A DNA stretch of 64,000 nt from an uncultured Gammaproteobacteria bacterium (GCA_965230935.1 OZ246400.1:4090-68089), one strand, 5' to 3'. Positions 16,542-27,231 are shown, counted from the first letter of the stretch. A program made the numbers and translations. Notes: a model not told the origin generated them from the letters alone.

Positions 16542-18311
16542 ATGGAACGCATAAAACAGCTTTGGAATTGGATTAAAACACATAGAAAAACAAGTATTGC
16601 CATTGGTATTGTTGTGGTGCTTATTATTGCCCGTATCTTTGGCGGTGACGACGGACCTGCTCGTGAATTTATTACTGTTGAGAAGCAAGATATTACCCAA
16701 TCAGTAGATGTTACCGGACAGGTGATTGCTGCAGCACAGGTTGACTTGGCATTCGAGCGAAGTGGCAAAGTGGCGCAAATCAATGTCGAGGTAGGGGATC
16801 ATGTTGAGCAGGGGCATGTGTTGGCAGTGCTCAACAACGCAGGATTGAGTGCCCAGCTGCAAAGCGCTAATGCAAGTGCCCTAAGCGCACAAGCATTGGT
16901 TGCACAGTATGAATCTGCATTGTTGGCTCAGCAAGTAAAACTTGAAGAGGTGTTGCGCGGTGCGCGCGATGAAGAAGTAACCATTGCACAAACAAAGGTT
17001 GATAATGCACTCATCAGTGTGCAAGACGCACAAGATAAGCTTGATTCAGTACAAGATAAAGCGCAAAGCGATCTTGATCAAGTGTATGAGGACATGGCGG
17101 ATGTATTGCACGATGCGGTGACCAAAGCTGACGATGCACTCAATCGTCTGGTTGATTCACACTTTAGCGCTGACAATACTGCCAACCCTGAGCTTACCTT
17201 TGTTACGGCAAATTTGAACATTGGCCAACAGGCAGAGTCGTCTCGCGTGTTTGCCACCAGCGCCTTAAGTCAATTAAAATCAATTTTGGCGACGTTGCCC
17301 ACTGATGGTGCTGCGCGAGCAAGTGCATTGTTGAATGCACAATTACACTTCAATGTCATCCGTGATTTTTTCACGACCATGACTACGGTTATGGTGGAGG
17401 CCCGTGGGCTTGATGAAAGTACCCTTGATACCTATCGCAATAATGTCAGCACTGCTCGTACAAATGTAAACACCGCAATTACTACTATTACTGCTCAACT
17501 ACAATTGGTGGATACACAGCAAGCAACAAATGACAATGCTATTGCTGCTGCGCAGATCACCTTGAGTAATGCGCAAAACGTACTGAATGTAGCGCACAAA
17601 GATTTGGATTTGGTGTTGGCCGGTCCTACAATCGAACAGATCCAGGCACAAGAAGCGGCCGTTGCCCAAGCGCAAGCAAATCTTGATTCACAAAAAGCAC
17701 AGTTGCAAAGTGCGTGGGCAAATGCCGCGAATGTCCGCGCGTTGATTGGTCAAACAGTGATCAGTGCACCAATTGCTGGTGTGGTGACCAAACAGGATAC
17801 GACAGTCGGTGAGATTGTTAGTGCAAATGCCGTGGTACTTGGGGTCATTGCCAATACACAATATGAGATCGAAGCATTTGTCCCAGAAGTAGATGTGGCA
17901 AAGCTTACTGTTGAGGATGAAGCGACGGTCACACTTGATGCCTACGGCAGTGATGTTGAGTTTAACGCTGTTGTAAGCACTATTGATCCTGCTGAGACTA
18001 TTGTTGATGGATTGGCAACCTACCGCATCCGCGTGCAGTTTATGCAAGATGACGAGCGCATTCGTTCGGGGATGACCGCAAACATGGAAATTGATACGGA
18101 TAGTCGCGAAGGGGTGATTGCAATTCCGCAGCGAGCAGTATTACGCGAAGATGGTAAAAAAGTGGTTCGTATATTGCGCCCAGATGAATCAATTGAAAAC
18201 GTGCAAATTACCACCGGTTTGCGTGGCTCTGATGGATTGATTGAGGTACTCTCAGGCGTGGAAGTCGGACAACAGGTGATCACTTTTCTTGAGGAAGAAG
18301 AGGAGTCATAA
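16542..18311 (+). CDS. HlyD-family/MacA-like periplasmic adaptor subunit
   Basis: N-terminal TM anchor, a long Ala/Gln-rich coiled coil, and a C-terminal beta-barrel/lipoyl-like region. Followed by MacB-like ATPase and FtsX-like permease genes. Confidence 0.8.
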   Translation: MERIKQLWNWIKTHRKTSIAIGIVVVLIIARIFGGDDGPAREFITVEKQDITQSVDVTGQVIAAAQVDLAFERSGKVAQINVEVGDHVEQGHVLAVLNNAGLSAQLQSANASALSAQALVAQYESALLAQQVKLEEVLRGARDEEVTIAQTKVDNALISVQDAQDKLDSVQDKAQSDLDQVYEDMADVLHDAVTKADDALNRLVDSHFSADNTANPELTFVTANLNIGQQAESSRVFATSALSQLKSILATLPTDGAARASALLNAQLHFNVIRDFFTTMTTVMVEARGLDESTLDTYRNNVSTARTNVNTAITTITAQLQLVDTQQATNDNAIAAAQITLSNAQNVLNVAHKDLDLVLAGPTIEQIQAQEAAVAQAQANLDSQKAQLQSAWANAANVRALIGQTVISAPIAGVVTKQDTTVGEIVSANAVVLGVIANTQYEIEAFVPEVDVAKLTVEDEATVTLDAYGSDVEFNAVVSTIDPAETIVDGLATYRIRVQFMQDDERIRSGMTANMEIDTDSREGVIAIPQRAVLREDGKKVVRILRPDESIENVQITTGLRGSDGLIEVLSGVEVGQQVITFLEEEEES

Positions 18312-18319
18312 TCAATAGT

Positions 18320-19042
18320 ATGGCGTTGATTGAAGTTCGTGATTTAGAAAAAACATATTACAGCGAGACAGGAGATGTGGCGACCCGTGCTTTGCGCGGG
18401 GTTTCTTTTGATATTGTTGCCGGGGAGTTTGTAGCGATCATGGGACCATCGGGGAGTGGGAAATCCACACTATTGCAGATGCTCGGCTTTTTAGACAGTC
18501 CAACCGCAGGCACATATGACTTTGACGGGAAAGAAGCTGCAACATATGACGAACCTGCTCAAGCACACGTGCGCAATTTTAACATGGGGTTTGTGTTCCA
18601 GACGTTTAATCTTCTTGGTCGAACGAGCGTACTTGAAAATGTAAAATTACCTTTGTTGTATTCGGATATTTCTGAGCAAGAGTGGAATCAGCGTGCTCAA
18701 GCAGCTATTGCGTCCGTTGGGATGAGTCATCGGTTAGATCATGAACCATCACAACTCTCTGGTGGAGAAAAACAGCGCGTGGCGATTGCGCGTGCATTGG
18801 TGTGTAGTCCAGATGTGATTTTTGCTGATGAGCCTACAGGAAACCTTGATTCAGCATCAGGAAAAATGGTGATGGAGGTGCTGCAAGAGCTGCACAGCAA
18901 AGGACACACGATTATCCTAATTACGCATGAAAGTGACACTGCTCGTCATGCACAGCGTATTATTCGTTTGCGCGATGGGGAGGTTGAGAGTGATGAACGA
19001 TTGAATAATCAGCTCAATGCCCGAGAATCTTTTGCTAAATAA
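18320..19042 (+). CDS. ABC transporter ATP-binding protein (MacB/LolD-like)
   Basis: Walker [10 protein letters not shown], signature LSGGEKQR, Walker [12 protein letters not shown]. Confidence 0.9.
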   Translation: MALIEVRDLEKTYYSETGDVATRALRGVSFDIVAGEFVAIMGPSGSGKSTLLQMLGFLDSPTAGTYDFDGKEAATYDEPAQAHVRNFNMGFVFQTFNLLGRTSVLENVKLPLLYSDISEQEWNQRAQAAIASVGMSHRLDHEPSQLSGGEKQRVAIARALVCSPDVIFADEPTGNLDSASGKMVMEVLQELHSKGHTIILITHESDTARHAQRIIRLRDGEVESDERLNNQLNARESFAK

Positions 19043-19043
19043 T

Positions 19044-20282
19044 ATGCGTATTCAAGACCAACTTTCCACTGCCGTTACTGCGCTGAAGACGAACCGCTCG
19101 CGTTCGTTACTCACGATTCTAGGTATTGTGATTGGTATTGCCGCAATTATTATTGTGATGGCTGCAGGAAAAGGAGCAGAGTCTTTGATTCTTAACGAGA
19201 TTAGCGCGTTTGGATCACGCAATATTTCAATTGACCCTGGTCGTCCCCCAAGTGGTCCGTCCGATTTTGCAGAAATTTTGACGGATACGCTTACGATCAC
19301 TGATGTACACGCGTTGCGCAAGCAAGAAAATGTACAAGGCGTTATTGAAGTAAGTCCATCAGTGCTGTTAGTAACTAATGTCGGGTTTGAAGATCAAAGT
19401 TTTCGAACCAATGTTATGGGGAGTACTGACTTTTTTCTGGAATCATTTAAGGTATTACCAAATCGCGGACGGGTATTTTCTGATGAAGAAGTGCGCCAGC
19501 GCGCGGATGTTGCGGTAATTGGAGAAGAGGTTCGGCGTGAGTTATTTGCGAACCGTGATCCGCTTGGGGAGAAGGTCAAAGTCAAAAATCGTACCTATCG
19601 GGTGATTGGGATTTTGCCGCCAACCGGAACGATTGCGTTTTTCAATTTTGACAAACTGATTTTAGTGCCCTATACCAGCGCACAACAGCACTTGTTAGGG
19701 ATTGATCACTTCCACAACATTGTGGTAAAAGTTGATGAAAACGCATCAATGGCGCGCGCGGTTGAAGATGTGCGGCTTACCTTGCGTGAGACGCATGGCA
19801 TTACTGACCCGGATAAAGAAGATTTTAACATCAACACGCAAGCCGATGCAGTCGAACGTATTGGGGTAATCAGTACTGCGCTCTCGGCACTGCTCATCGC
19901 GATCGCATCGATCGCATTGGTGGTTGGTGGGATTGGGATTATGAATATTATGTTAGTTTCAGTCACGGAACGGACTCGCGAGATTGGATTGCGTAAAGCA
20001 CTTGGGGCAACGCGCAGCAATATCTTGCAACAGTTTTTGCTCGAATCGATTTTACTGACCAGTATCGGGGGAGTGTTGGGTATTTTAGTTGGTGCCGGGA
20101 TTGCATGGTTGATTGCCGTGATTATGGTCAAGTTTGTGGCTTCTGGGTGGGGATATGATTTTCCAGTATCAGCGGCAATCATGGGTATTGCGGTTTCTGC
20201 AGTGATCGGATTAGTCTTTGGGCTGTATCCTGCCCGCCGAGCAGCGGATAAAAGTCCAATGGAGGCGCTTCGTTACGAGTAG
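19044..20282 (+). CDS. ABC transporter permease, FtsX/MacB-like
   Basis: N-terminal TM helix, a large periplasmic domain, and three C-terminal TM helices (FtsX fold). The alternative start at 19017 overlaps the ATPase gene. Confidence 0.8.
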   Translation: MRIQDQLSTAVTALKTNRSRSLLTILGIVIGIAAIIIVMAAGKGAESLILNEISAFGSRNISIDPGRPPSGPSDFAEILTDTLTITDVHALRKQENVQGVIEVSPSVLLVTNVGFEDQSFRTNVMGSTDFFLESFKVLPNRGRVFSDEEVRQRADVAVIGEEVRRELFANRDPLGEKVKVKNRTYRVIGILPPTGTIAFFNFDKLILVPYTSAQQHLLGIDHFHNIVVKVDENASMARAVEDVRLTLRETHGITDPDKEDFNINTQADAVERIGVISTALSALLIAIASIALVVGGIGIMNIMLVSVTERTREIGLRKALGATRSNILQQFLLESILLTSIGGVLGILVGAGIAWLIAVIMVKFVASGWGYDFPVSAAIMGIAVSAVIGLVFGLYPARRAADKSPMEALRYE

Positions 20283-20324
20283 TATTTGGCGCGAGATACT
20301 CCTGTTGGTACAATATCGGCATAT

Positions 20325-20849
20325 ATGCATCATATTTTGTTACGCATCTTTGGTATTCTGGTTGTTTTGGGGTTTGCCATAACATTTTTGGGGTTGACAC
20401 TTCGTGGGGTAGTAGATCTCACCAATGCAATACGGATCGGCGATGTGATATACGGAACAGCCTTTTTGCTGATTGGTATTGTATTTTTTACTATTGCCGT
20501 TCAAACGGTACGTCGAATTTGTGCTGCAGATTGGGTACATCAGTTTTTGTCTCGCGCACGTACACGCAAGCCACAATATATGGTAACCGCGGCGCTTGTG
20601 GTACTTACCATGGTGTTTGCGGTTGAGATCGGTTCGATTCTCGCATTACTTGGTCAGGCGATTGGTTTTTTCTTTATCAGTACGGCACGGGTGACGTATC
20701 AGAACCTGATTGGCATTGATTTGTATACCATTCGATTTGACTTTTTTGCCTGGGTGTTTCAATGGTACTTTATTGATTATATTGTACGAGCGGTGTTTCG
20801 ATTTGCACATAAACGCTCGCTTAAGCACCAGCATCGTGCAGGCAGTTAA
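20325..20849 (+). CDS. hypothetical polytopic membrane protein
   Basis: Four or five hydrophobic helices. Open from TTG 20286; ATG 20325 chosen. No family recognised. Confidence 0.5.
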   Translation: MHHILLRIFGILVVLGFAITFLGLTLRGVVDLTNAIRIGDVIYGTAFLLIGIVFFTIAVQTVRRICAADWVHQFLSRARTRKPQYMVTAALVVLTMVFAVEIGSILALLGQAIGFFFISTARVTYQNLIGIDLYTIRFDFFAWVFQWYFIDYIVRAVFRFAHKRSLKHQHRAGS

Positions 20850-20911
20850 GCGTGCATAATATTTTGTTTTGTTAAGTGCTGCGGTATACTAATCGGCGAG
20901 GACATGTCTTT

Positions 20912-21775
20912 ATGCGACCAGATAATTTGTCTACAAAAATATTTCTCGACGGTGGTGATCCAGAGGAAACCAAGCGTATTAAGAACCTGCTCGGTTTTGT
21001 AGATGGGCAAACCACTAATCCGACCTTAGTTGCCCACAATCCAAAAGCCACAGCACGGGTTGCTGCTGGTGAGAAATTTTCGCAAGACGAGATTTTTGAT
21101 TTTTATAAGACATTGGTGAGCGCCATTAGTCCGCTCGTATCTGATTCGGTTTCAATTGAAGTGTATGCCGATGGTAATACCACTACTGAACAAATGGTTC
21201 AGCAGGCTCAGCACATGAATACCTGGATCCCAAATGCGCATATTAAATTACCGATCACTCATGCTGGTCTTGGTGCAGCACACACCTTAGTTGCGCAAGG
21301 TATACGAGTTAACATGACGTTGTGTTTTACTCAGCAACAGGCAGCAGCAGTATATGCCGCTACCCGAGGTGCTAAGCGGGGACAAGTGTATGTTTCTCCG
21401 TTTATCGGACGACTTGACGATGGTGGACAGGATGGGGTATCGCTTATCACCAATATTCTTCAGATGTTCTGCGCAGGTGATAGTCATGTCATGGTGCTTA
21501 GTGCAAGTGTACGTACTCTTGATCATTTGCTTGGGGTGCTTGCGTGTAAGAGTGATATTGTGACGTGTCCCGTCAAAATTTATGACCAGTGGAGCGCAGC
21601 ATCGCTGCCAGTACCTGATGCACAATATCAATATCCGGCAGGTGATTTGCGGCCCATTTTATATGAAGAGGTTGACTTGGAGTTATCATGGGAGCAATAT
21701 GATATTGCACACCCACTGACTGATGCTGGGCTGCAACGGTTTAGTGATGATTGGAATAATTTAATTACCACCTAA
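20912..21775 (+). CDS. tal: transaldolase / fructose-6-phosphate aldolase family
   Basis: KIFLDGGDPEE...TTNPTL N-terminal motif of the short transaldolase/Fsa family. GAGGA Shine-Dalgarno 10 nt upstream of ATG 20912. Confidence 0.85.
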   Translation: MRPDNLSTKIFLDGGDPEETKRIKNLLGFVDGQTTNPTLVAHNPKATARVAAGEKFSQDEIFDFYKTLVSAISPLVSDSVSIEVYADGNTTTEQMVQQAQHMNTWIPNAHIKLPITHAGLGAAHTLVAQGIRVNMTLCFTQQQAAAVYAATRGAKRGQVYVSPFIGRLDDGGQDGVSLITNILQMFCAGDSHVMVLSASVRTLDHLLGVLACKSDIVTCPVKIYDQWSAASLPVPDAQYQYPAGDLRPILYEEVDLELSWEQYDIAHPLTDAGLQRFSDDWNNLITT

Positions 21776-21779
21776 CGCT

Positions 21780-22751
21780 ATGATGGAAACTGCTATCGCT
21801 GATTTTGCAAAACAATTTGCTTTTGCGCCTCAGATTGAAAACGTTGATGCGCTTGTGCGTAAATCACATGTCATTGTATGTGGCATGGGCGGCTCACATT
21901 TAGCTGCAGACCTGATTCAAACCTTATCTTCACAAACTCCGGTGACGGTTTTGTCTGATTATGATTTACGAGGTGCATTTAGCAAAGAAGTGTTACAGCA
22001 TAGTTTGGTTATCACCAGTTCCTATTCTGGAAACACCGAAGAGGTATTGAGTTGCTATGATCAGGCAAAAGAGGATGGGTTGTCGTTAGCTGCTATTGCG
22101 GTTGGGGGGAAGCTTTTGGAGCAGGCTAAGGTAGATGGAATTGCCTATGTCCAGATACCTGACACCGGGATTCAGCCCAGGAGCGCTTTGGGATTTAGTT
22201 TTCGTGGGTTGTGCGCGCTGATCGGTCTTGAAAGACTTTTGAAAGAATCTGGCACACTTGCTGATACGCTTGCACCAGAAGAGTATCGTGAGTCTGGTAA
22301 GCAGCTCGCACAATTATGCAAAGATCAGTTGCCGGTCATCTATAGCTCACGACGTAATCAGGCTGTAGCGTACAATTGGAAGATTAAGTTGAATGAGACC
22401 GGGAAAATTCCAGCGGTGTATAATGTTTTTCCAGAACTAAATCACAACGAAATGAATGGATTTGACGTGCAGGCTAAGAGTCAACATCTTTCCAAGAATA
22501 TGCAGGTGATATTTTTGAATGATACTGATGATCATCCACGCGTACAAAAACGCATGCAGGTATGTGCGCAATTATATCGCGACCGAGGTATTGCAGTTCA
22601 GGAGGTGCCCCTGGAAGGGGATAATCAGTTTGTAAAAGTGTTTGGCTCATTGGTATTGGCGGATTGGGTGGCAGTACATACTGCTGCACTGTATGGACTT
22701 GAAGCTGAGCAAGTACCGATGATTGAAGAATTTAAAAAGATGATTGCGTAG
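21780..22751 (+). CDS. bifunctional phosphoglucose/phosphomannose isomerase (SIS domain)
   Basis: VIVCGMGGSHLAADL SIS-domain motif. About 320 aa, archaeal-type PGI/PMI. Confidence 0.8.
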   Translation: MMETAIADFAKQFAFAPQIENVDALVRKSHVIVCGMGGSHLAADLIQTLSSQTPVTVLSDYDLRGAFSKEVLQHSLVITSSYSGNTEEVLSCYDQAKEDGLSLAAIAVGGKLLEQAKVDGIAYVQIPDTGIQPRSALGFSFRGLCALIGLERLLKESGTLADTLAPEEYRESGKQLAQLCKDQLPVIYSSRRNQAVAYNWKIKLNETGKIPAVYNVFPELNHNEMNGFDVQAKSQHLSKNMQVIFLNDTDDHPRVQKRMQVCAQLYRDRGIAVQEVPLEGDNQFVKVFGSLVLADWVAVHTAALYGLEAEQVPMIEEFKKMIA

Positions 22752-22959
22752 GGGTATGTTTTCGTTCGAAACCATCATGGCAATTTTTGAAACATTGGGC
22801 ACAGTACTTATTGGTATTGCTGCACTTCGGGTACATCATCATGTGCTCACCGAGCGCAAAATTGACCGTGCGGTGATCAAAACCATGCGAGTGGAGCAAC
22901 ACCTCGGTATCATGGGGATATTACTCATTGTGCTTGGGTTTTTGTTGCGGTTTGTATAA
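22744..22959 (+). CDS. possible small membrane protein
   Basis: 71 aa with two hydrophobic helices. It overlaps the end of the isomerase gene. No family recognised. Confidence 0.3.
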   Translation: MRRGMFSFETIMAIFETLGTVLIGIAALRVHHHVLTERKIDRAVIKTMRVEQHLGIMGILLIVLGFLLRFV

Positions 22960-23053
22960 TTCATCCACAGGGGAGACTTGCAACCCTGGAGTGTTGTGAT
23001 AAATTAGTTAAAGACTTGCTTAAACATTTAAACATTAATGTATTGGAGAGCGC

Positions 23054-23368
23054 ATGTTAGATCAGGTTCAAGTGAAAAAGATTCAAAAACATTTGCAACG
23101 CGCAGATGATCGACTGGTGAAGGTATTTGCAGCGCTCAGTGATCCGGGCCGGTACCGTATTTTTATGTCGCTTATTGATCATGAGGGTATTTGTGTTACT
23201 GAAGTGGCTAATATTCTTGGGGTATCAGTGCCGGCGGCATCACAACAGCTTAAGATTATGGAAAATGGAGGATTGATTGTACGTCAACGTGATGGACAAA
23301 AGATTTGCTATGAAACGAATACGCAAGATCCGTGTGTGCGGGCGATTATCAAGTTAATTCAGCAATAG
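23054..23368 (+). CDS. ArsR/SmtB-family transcriptional regulator
   Basis: Winged helix-turn-helix motif CVTEVANILGVSVPAASQQLKIMENGGLI. GGAGAG Shine-Dalgarno upstream. Confidence 0.85.
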   Translation: MLDQVQVKKIQKHLQRADDRLVKVFAALSDPGRYRIFMSLIDHEGICVTEVANILGVSVPAASQQLKIMENGGLIVRQRDGQKICYETNTQDPCVRAIIKLIQQ

Positions 23369-23369
23369 T

Positions 23370-24398
23370 GTGGAAAAGAAAACCATCATCGGAATTATCG
23401 CAGTTATTACTTTGTTTTTTGTAGGGTGGGGATTATATCGTGTACTTGGATTTTCTCGTGTTGTTCCTGCACAACCATCCACTTCTGTTTCACCAACTGG
23501 TGAGTTGCTCAATCCGGATTATACGATTGTGCAGACAACCAATGGCGTACAGCATACCGTGCCACTCAACGAAATTCGTGGAGGTGGTCCACCAAAGGAT
23601 GGAATCCCGCCGATTGATAATCCAAAGTTCATCTCAATCACTGAAGCTGATGAGGTGCTTGATGACAGTGCTCCTGGTGTTGCGGTCGCATTTGCCGATC
23701 AAGCACGATTTTATCCATTTAACATTTTGGTGTGGCATGAGATTGTTAATGACACGTTTGACGATACGCGAGTGTTAATTTCGTATTGTCCACTATGTCT
23801 TTCCGGTATTGTCTTTGATCCGGTTGTTGATGGCGAGCGTGTTGAGTTCGGCACTTCTGGAAAGTTGTGGAATTCAAATTTGGTGATGTATGATCGCAAA
23901 AACGAAAGTTATTGGTCACAAATTTTAGGTACCGCGATTGTGGGGGAGAATGCAGGAGAACAGCTTGAGGTGTTGCCATCAGATCAGATGCGCTATGGCG
24001 AGTGGAAAGCAGCGAATCCAGAGGGAGTCGTGCTATCGCAAGATACCGGGACTGCGCGACCATATGATCGCGATCCATATGGTGATTACTACACTACTGC
24101 GGGAACGATTTTCCCCTTGAGTAATACCGATGACCGGCTTTTTGATAAAGAATATGTATTAGGTGTGGTAATCAATGGACAAGCAAAAGCATATGTTCCA
24201 GCAGCGGTACAAAAAGTCGGTTTCGTAGAAGATGAGGTTGGTGGTACTGCGATTATCGCTGAGTATGATGCGTCTTTGGATGTAGTGCAGCTTTTTACAA
24301 TAGATGAATTTGGTGCGCGTACTCGACTCAATCCGTTCCCTACGTTTTGGTTTAGTTGGGCCGCAAGTTACCCACAAAGTGAGATTTATGCTGAATAA
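23370..24398 (+). CDS. DUF3179-domain secreted protein
   Basis: N-terminal TM/signal region, then the DGIPPIDNPKF motif characteristic of DUF3179. GTG start directly after the ArsR stop. Confidence 0.6.
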   Translation: MEKKTIIGIIAVITLFFVGWGLYRVLGFSRVVPAQPSTSVSPTGELLNPDYTIVQTTNGVQHTVPLNEIRGGGPPKDGIPPIDNPKFISITEADEVLDDSAPGVAVAFADQARFYPFNILVWHEIVNDTFDDTRVLISYCPLCLSGIVFDPVVDGERVEFGTSGKLWNSNLVMYDRKNESYWSQILGTAIVGENAGEQLEVLPSDQMRYGEWKAANPEGVVLSQDTGTARPYDRDPYGDYYTTAGTIFPLSNTDDRLFDKEYVLGVVINGQAKAYVPAAVQKVGFVEDEVGGTAIIAEYDASLDVVQLFTIDEFGARTRLNPFPTFWFSWAASYPQSEIYAE

Positions 24399-24401
24399 TC
24401 T

Positions 24402-24959
24402 ATGAAGTTTTTTTTGGGATTTTTTGCTGTTGTCGTCTTGGTTGTTGCCGGTATTTTCTGGTATGGCGCCACTGGATTGCCAGATGCACCGGTAATCCAA
24501 GATGGGCAAGAGCAGGGCATATGGAAGAACAATGGCCCAGCTACAAATCCTGAGCTGGTTCCTGATCTTTCCTTTGAGGATTATCAAGGTAACGTGGTGG
24601 CATTGCGGGACTTGATCGGTAAGCCATTGGTCGTGAACTCATGGGCAACCTGGTGTCCGTTTTGTAAAAAAGAGTTACCTGATTTTGCCCAGGTGCAAGA
24701 GATATTTGGTGACGAGGTGTTGATCGTTGCTATTGATCGCGCTGAGTCTCTTGAGCAAGCCAAAGCCTATACTGATGAGCATGGCATCACCGACAAACTG
24801 TTGTATCTGCTTGACCCAGACGACACATTTTATACTACGATCAGCGGATTTTCCATGCCAGAGACTCTTTTTGTAAACAGTGAAGGGATTATCGAACATC
24901 ATCGTCGCGGCATTATTGATGCAGTAGAACTTGATGCACGTATTCGTCAATTACCATAA
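24402..24959 (+). CDS. TlpA/ResA-like thiol-disulfide oxidoreductase (thioredoxin fold)
   Basis: Membrane anchor plus WATWCPFCKKELP (CxxC active site). Confidence 0.85.
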   Translation: MKFFLGFFAVVVLVVAGIFWYGATGLPDAPVIQDGQEQGIWKNNGPATNPELVPDLSFEDYQGNVVALRDLIGKPLVVNSWATWCPFCKKELPDFAQVQEIFGDEVLIVAIDRAESLEQAKAYTDEHGITDKLLYLLDPDDTFYTTISGFSMPETLFVNSEGIIEHHRRGIIDAVELDARIRQLP

Positions 24960-24979
24960 TCTACCTTTCTTACTACGGT

Positions 24980-25762
24980 ATGGATCCACAAACAACCACC
25001 CTTATTGCCCCTGCATTTATTGCCGGTCTGCTCACATTCTTAGCACCATGTACATTGCCACTGGTTCCCGGATTTTTGGGATTTATCAGTGGGGTGTCAG
25101 CTGATGATATCAACACCAAGGATCCGGAACAAGCACGAAAGATTCGTCGAAAGATTTTTCTAAATGGCGTGCTTTATGTGGTTGGATTCAGCTTAGTGTT
25201 TATCTTGATGGGAAGTCTGTTTGGTCTTGGTGGATTTGCGATTGCCAAGTATCGGATTTGGCTTACTAGGATTGGAGGAATTTTTGTGATTATTTTTGGT
25301 CTGTACATGATGCATGTACTCAAGTTTAAATTTTTAAACTTTTTAGGGAGCACGAAACGAGTTAATTCCTTTAGTTGGCTCAAACCTGGTCGTCCGTCCA
25401 GTTCATTGTTGTTTGGCGCAACGTTTGCGTTTGGGTGGTCACCTTGTGTAGGGCCGATCTTGGGCTCGATCTTGTTGTTAGCATCAAGTTCGGCAACCGT
25501 GGCGTCAGGAGCGTTTTTGTTGGCAGTATTCTCACTTGGTCTTGGAATTCCATTTTTAGTAATTGCCGCCGGGATTAGTTCGGCAGCAAAATATCTTCAT
25601 CGAATTGAAAAACATCTTAAGGTAATCTCAATGATCGGTGGAGTGTTCTTGGTGTTCCTTGGGGTGTTGATGGTAACGAATAATTTGGGAGTGTGGATCG
25701 GCTTTTTCTTTGAGATTTTTTCTGGATTGAATTACGAAGAGCGTTTGCTTGATTTTCTCTAA
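24980..25762 (+). CDS. ccdA: cytochrome c-type biogenesis protein CcdA / DsbD transmembrane domain
   Basis: Six TM helices with the conserved Cys pairs (LAPCTLPL and SPCVGPIL). Confidence 0.85.
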   Translation: MDPQTTTLIAPAFIAGLLTFLAPCTLPLVPGFLGFISGVSADDINTKDPEQARKIRRKIFLNGVLYVVGFSLVFILMGSLFGLGGFAIAKYRIWLTRIGGIFVIIFGLYMMHVLKFKFLNFLGSTKRVNSFSWLKPGRPSSSLLFGATFAFGWSPCVGPILGSILLLASSSATVASGAFLLAVFSLGLGIPFLVIAAGISSAAKYLHRIEKHLKVISMIGGVFLVFLGVLMVTNNLGVWIGFFFEIFSGLNYEERLLDFL

Positions 25763-25800
25763 ACCCACCTTATGGCTATGCTATACTAATTTCCAATACT

Positions 25801-26259
25801 ATGTCGACTACCGATCACGAAAATCAAGAACCGCACTTTGAGTATTCTCAAATAACGGATTTTATTTATATTGGTACAAATATGTGCTGCAAGGCTGATT
25901 TTGACAAGGGTTTGCTTGCGCAAGGCATTTTTGCTGATATTTCTTTGGAGAAGGAGCGATTGGACAATCCGTATGGTGTTGATTTCTTTTTATGGTTGCC
26001 CACTGAAGACCATACGGCTCCGGCTCAAGCACAATTGTATCTGGGTGTGCATGCACTTCAGGCATTGGTTGAACACAAGCAGAAAGTATATGTTCATTGC
26101 AAAAACGGCCATGGACGCGCACCGACATTGGTTGCGGCCTATTTGATCTCTCAAGGAAAAGGAGTAGAGGAGGCAATTACCTATATTAAGCAGCGACGAG
26201 AGAGCATTCATTTGGAAGATGCACAGGTCGAGGCCTTATACACATTTGCCAAGCCGTAG
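25801..26259 (+). CDS. dual-specificity/tyrosine protein phosphatase
   Basis: Active-site P-loop VHCKNGHGRAPT (HCx5R). Confidence 0.75.
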   Translation: MSTTDHENQEPHFEYSQITDFIYIGTNMCCKADFDKGLLAQGIFADISLEKERLDNPYGVDFFLWLPTEDHTAPAQAQLYLGVHALQALVEHKQKVYVHCKNGHGRAPTLVAAYLISQGKGVEEAITYIKQRRESIHLEDAQVEALYTFAKP

Positions 26260-26330
26260 TACAGGGCAGAACCCCTTGATTCTTTATATTCAATTGTGTA
26301 TAGTACAATCTAACCACTAATCTAACGCAT

Positions 26331-27128
26331 ATGCATGAGCAACAATCACATCATCATCTGCCAAAGCACCAAAATAGTATGGGTGTAGACAAGCGAAGCG
26401 CGGTTATCGGCTTTGTTGGCGGATTTTTATCACTATGTACCATTGGATTTTTTATTCTATTAGGCGTGGTCTTAACTGGCGATGACGCTGGTGCGCCAGC
26501 TGCGCGAGCCGTTGCCGCAAGACCAACAAATGTTGCTGCGCCAAGTGCGCCTACACCGGCAGCGCCATCAGCGCCAACTCCAGGAAATATCGATATCGCA
26601 TTGAGTGATGACGACTTCATTAAGGGAGATGTAGATGCGCCAATCACCTTGGTTGAATATTCAGATCTTGAATGTCCATTCTGTGAGCGATTTCATCCAA
26701 CTGCAGAGCAAGTGGTGGCTGACAATGACGGCAAAGTAAACTGGGTATATCGTCACTTCCCGTTGCGTTCGATTCATCCAACTGCAGCACGAAAGGCTGA
26801 GGCATCGGAATGTGCAGGAGAAATTGCCGGTGGAGCAGGATTTTGGGGTGTGGTTGATGGGATTTTTGAAGGCGCACCAGCAAGCACTGATGATCAGTTG
26901 GCTGACTTAGCAGCACAACATGGTGCTGATCGTGGCGCATTTACCGAGTGTTTGAACAGTGGTCGTGGTGCTGAGTTAGTTCAACAAGATGAATCTTCAG
27001 GATTGGCAGCAGGAGCACAAGGAACTCCATATTCAGTGATTGTTGGACCAAATGGAGAAACATTCCCTGTTTCTGGTGCATTACCAGCAGCACAGATCCA
27101 GCAGATCATTGATGGGATTGATGTATAA
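26331..27128 (+). CDS. DsbA-like thioredoxin-domain protein (membrane anchored)
   Basis: TM anchor, an Ala/Pro-rich linker, and LECPFCERFHP (CxxC) in a thioredoxin fold. Confidence 0.8.
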   Translation: MHEQQSHHHLPKHQNSMGVDKRSAVIGFVGGFLSLCTIGFFILLGVVLTGDDAGAPAARAVAARPTNVAAPSAPTPAAPSAPTPGNIDIALSDDDFIKGDVDAPITLVEYSDLECPFCERFHPTAEQVVADNDGKVNWVYRHFPLRSIHPTAARKAEASECAGEIAGGAGFWGVVDGIFEGAPASTDDQLADLAAQHGADRGAFTECLNSGRGAELVQQDESSGLAAGAQGTPYSVIVGPNGETFPVSGALPAAQIQQIIDGIDV

Positions 27129-27152
27129 GGTTTGATTTATTCAGCTCTCAAG

Positions 27153-27179
27153 AAAAGCCCGGCTGTGTCCGGGCTTTTG
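27153..27179 (+). terminator. rho-independent terminator
   Basis: AAGCCCGG / CCGGGCTT stem followed by TTTT (aaaagcccggctgtgtccgggctttt). Confidence 0.75.
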
Positions 27180-27231
27180 AATAAAAACGAGATGTCTTGT
27201 AAAATAGAGTCAGTAACATAGTCTTTGGAGT

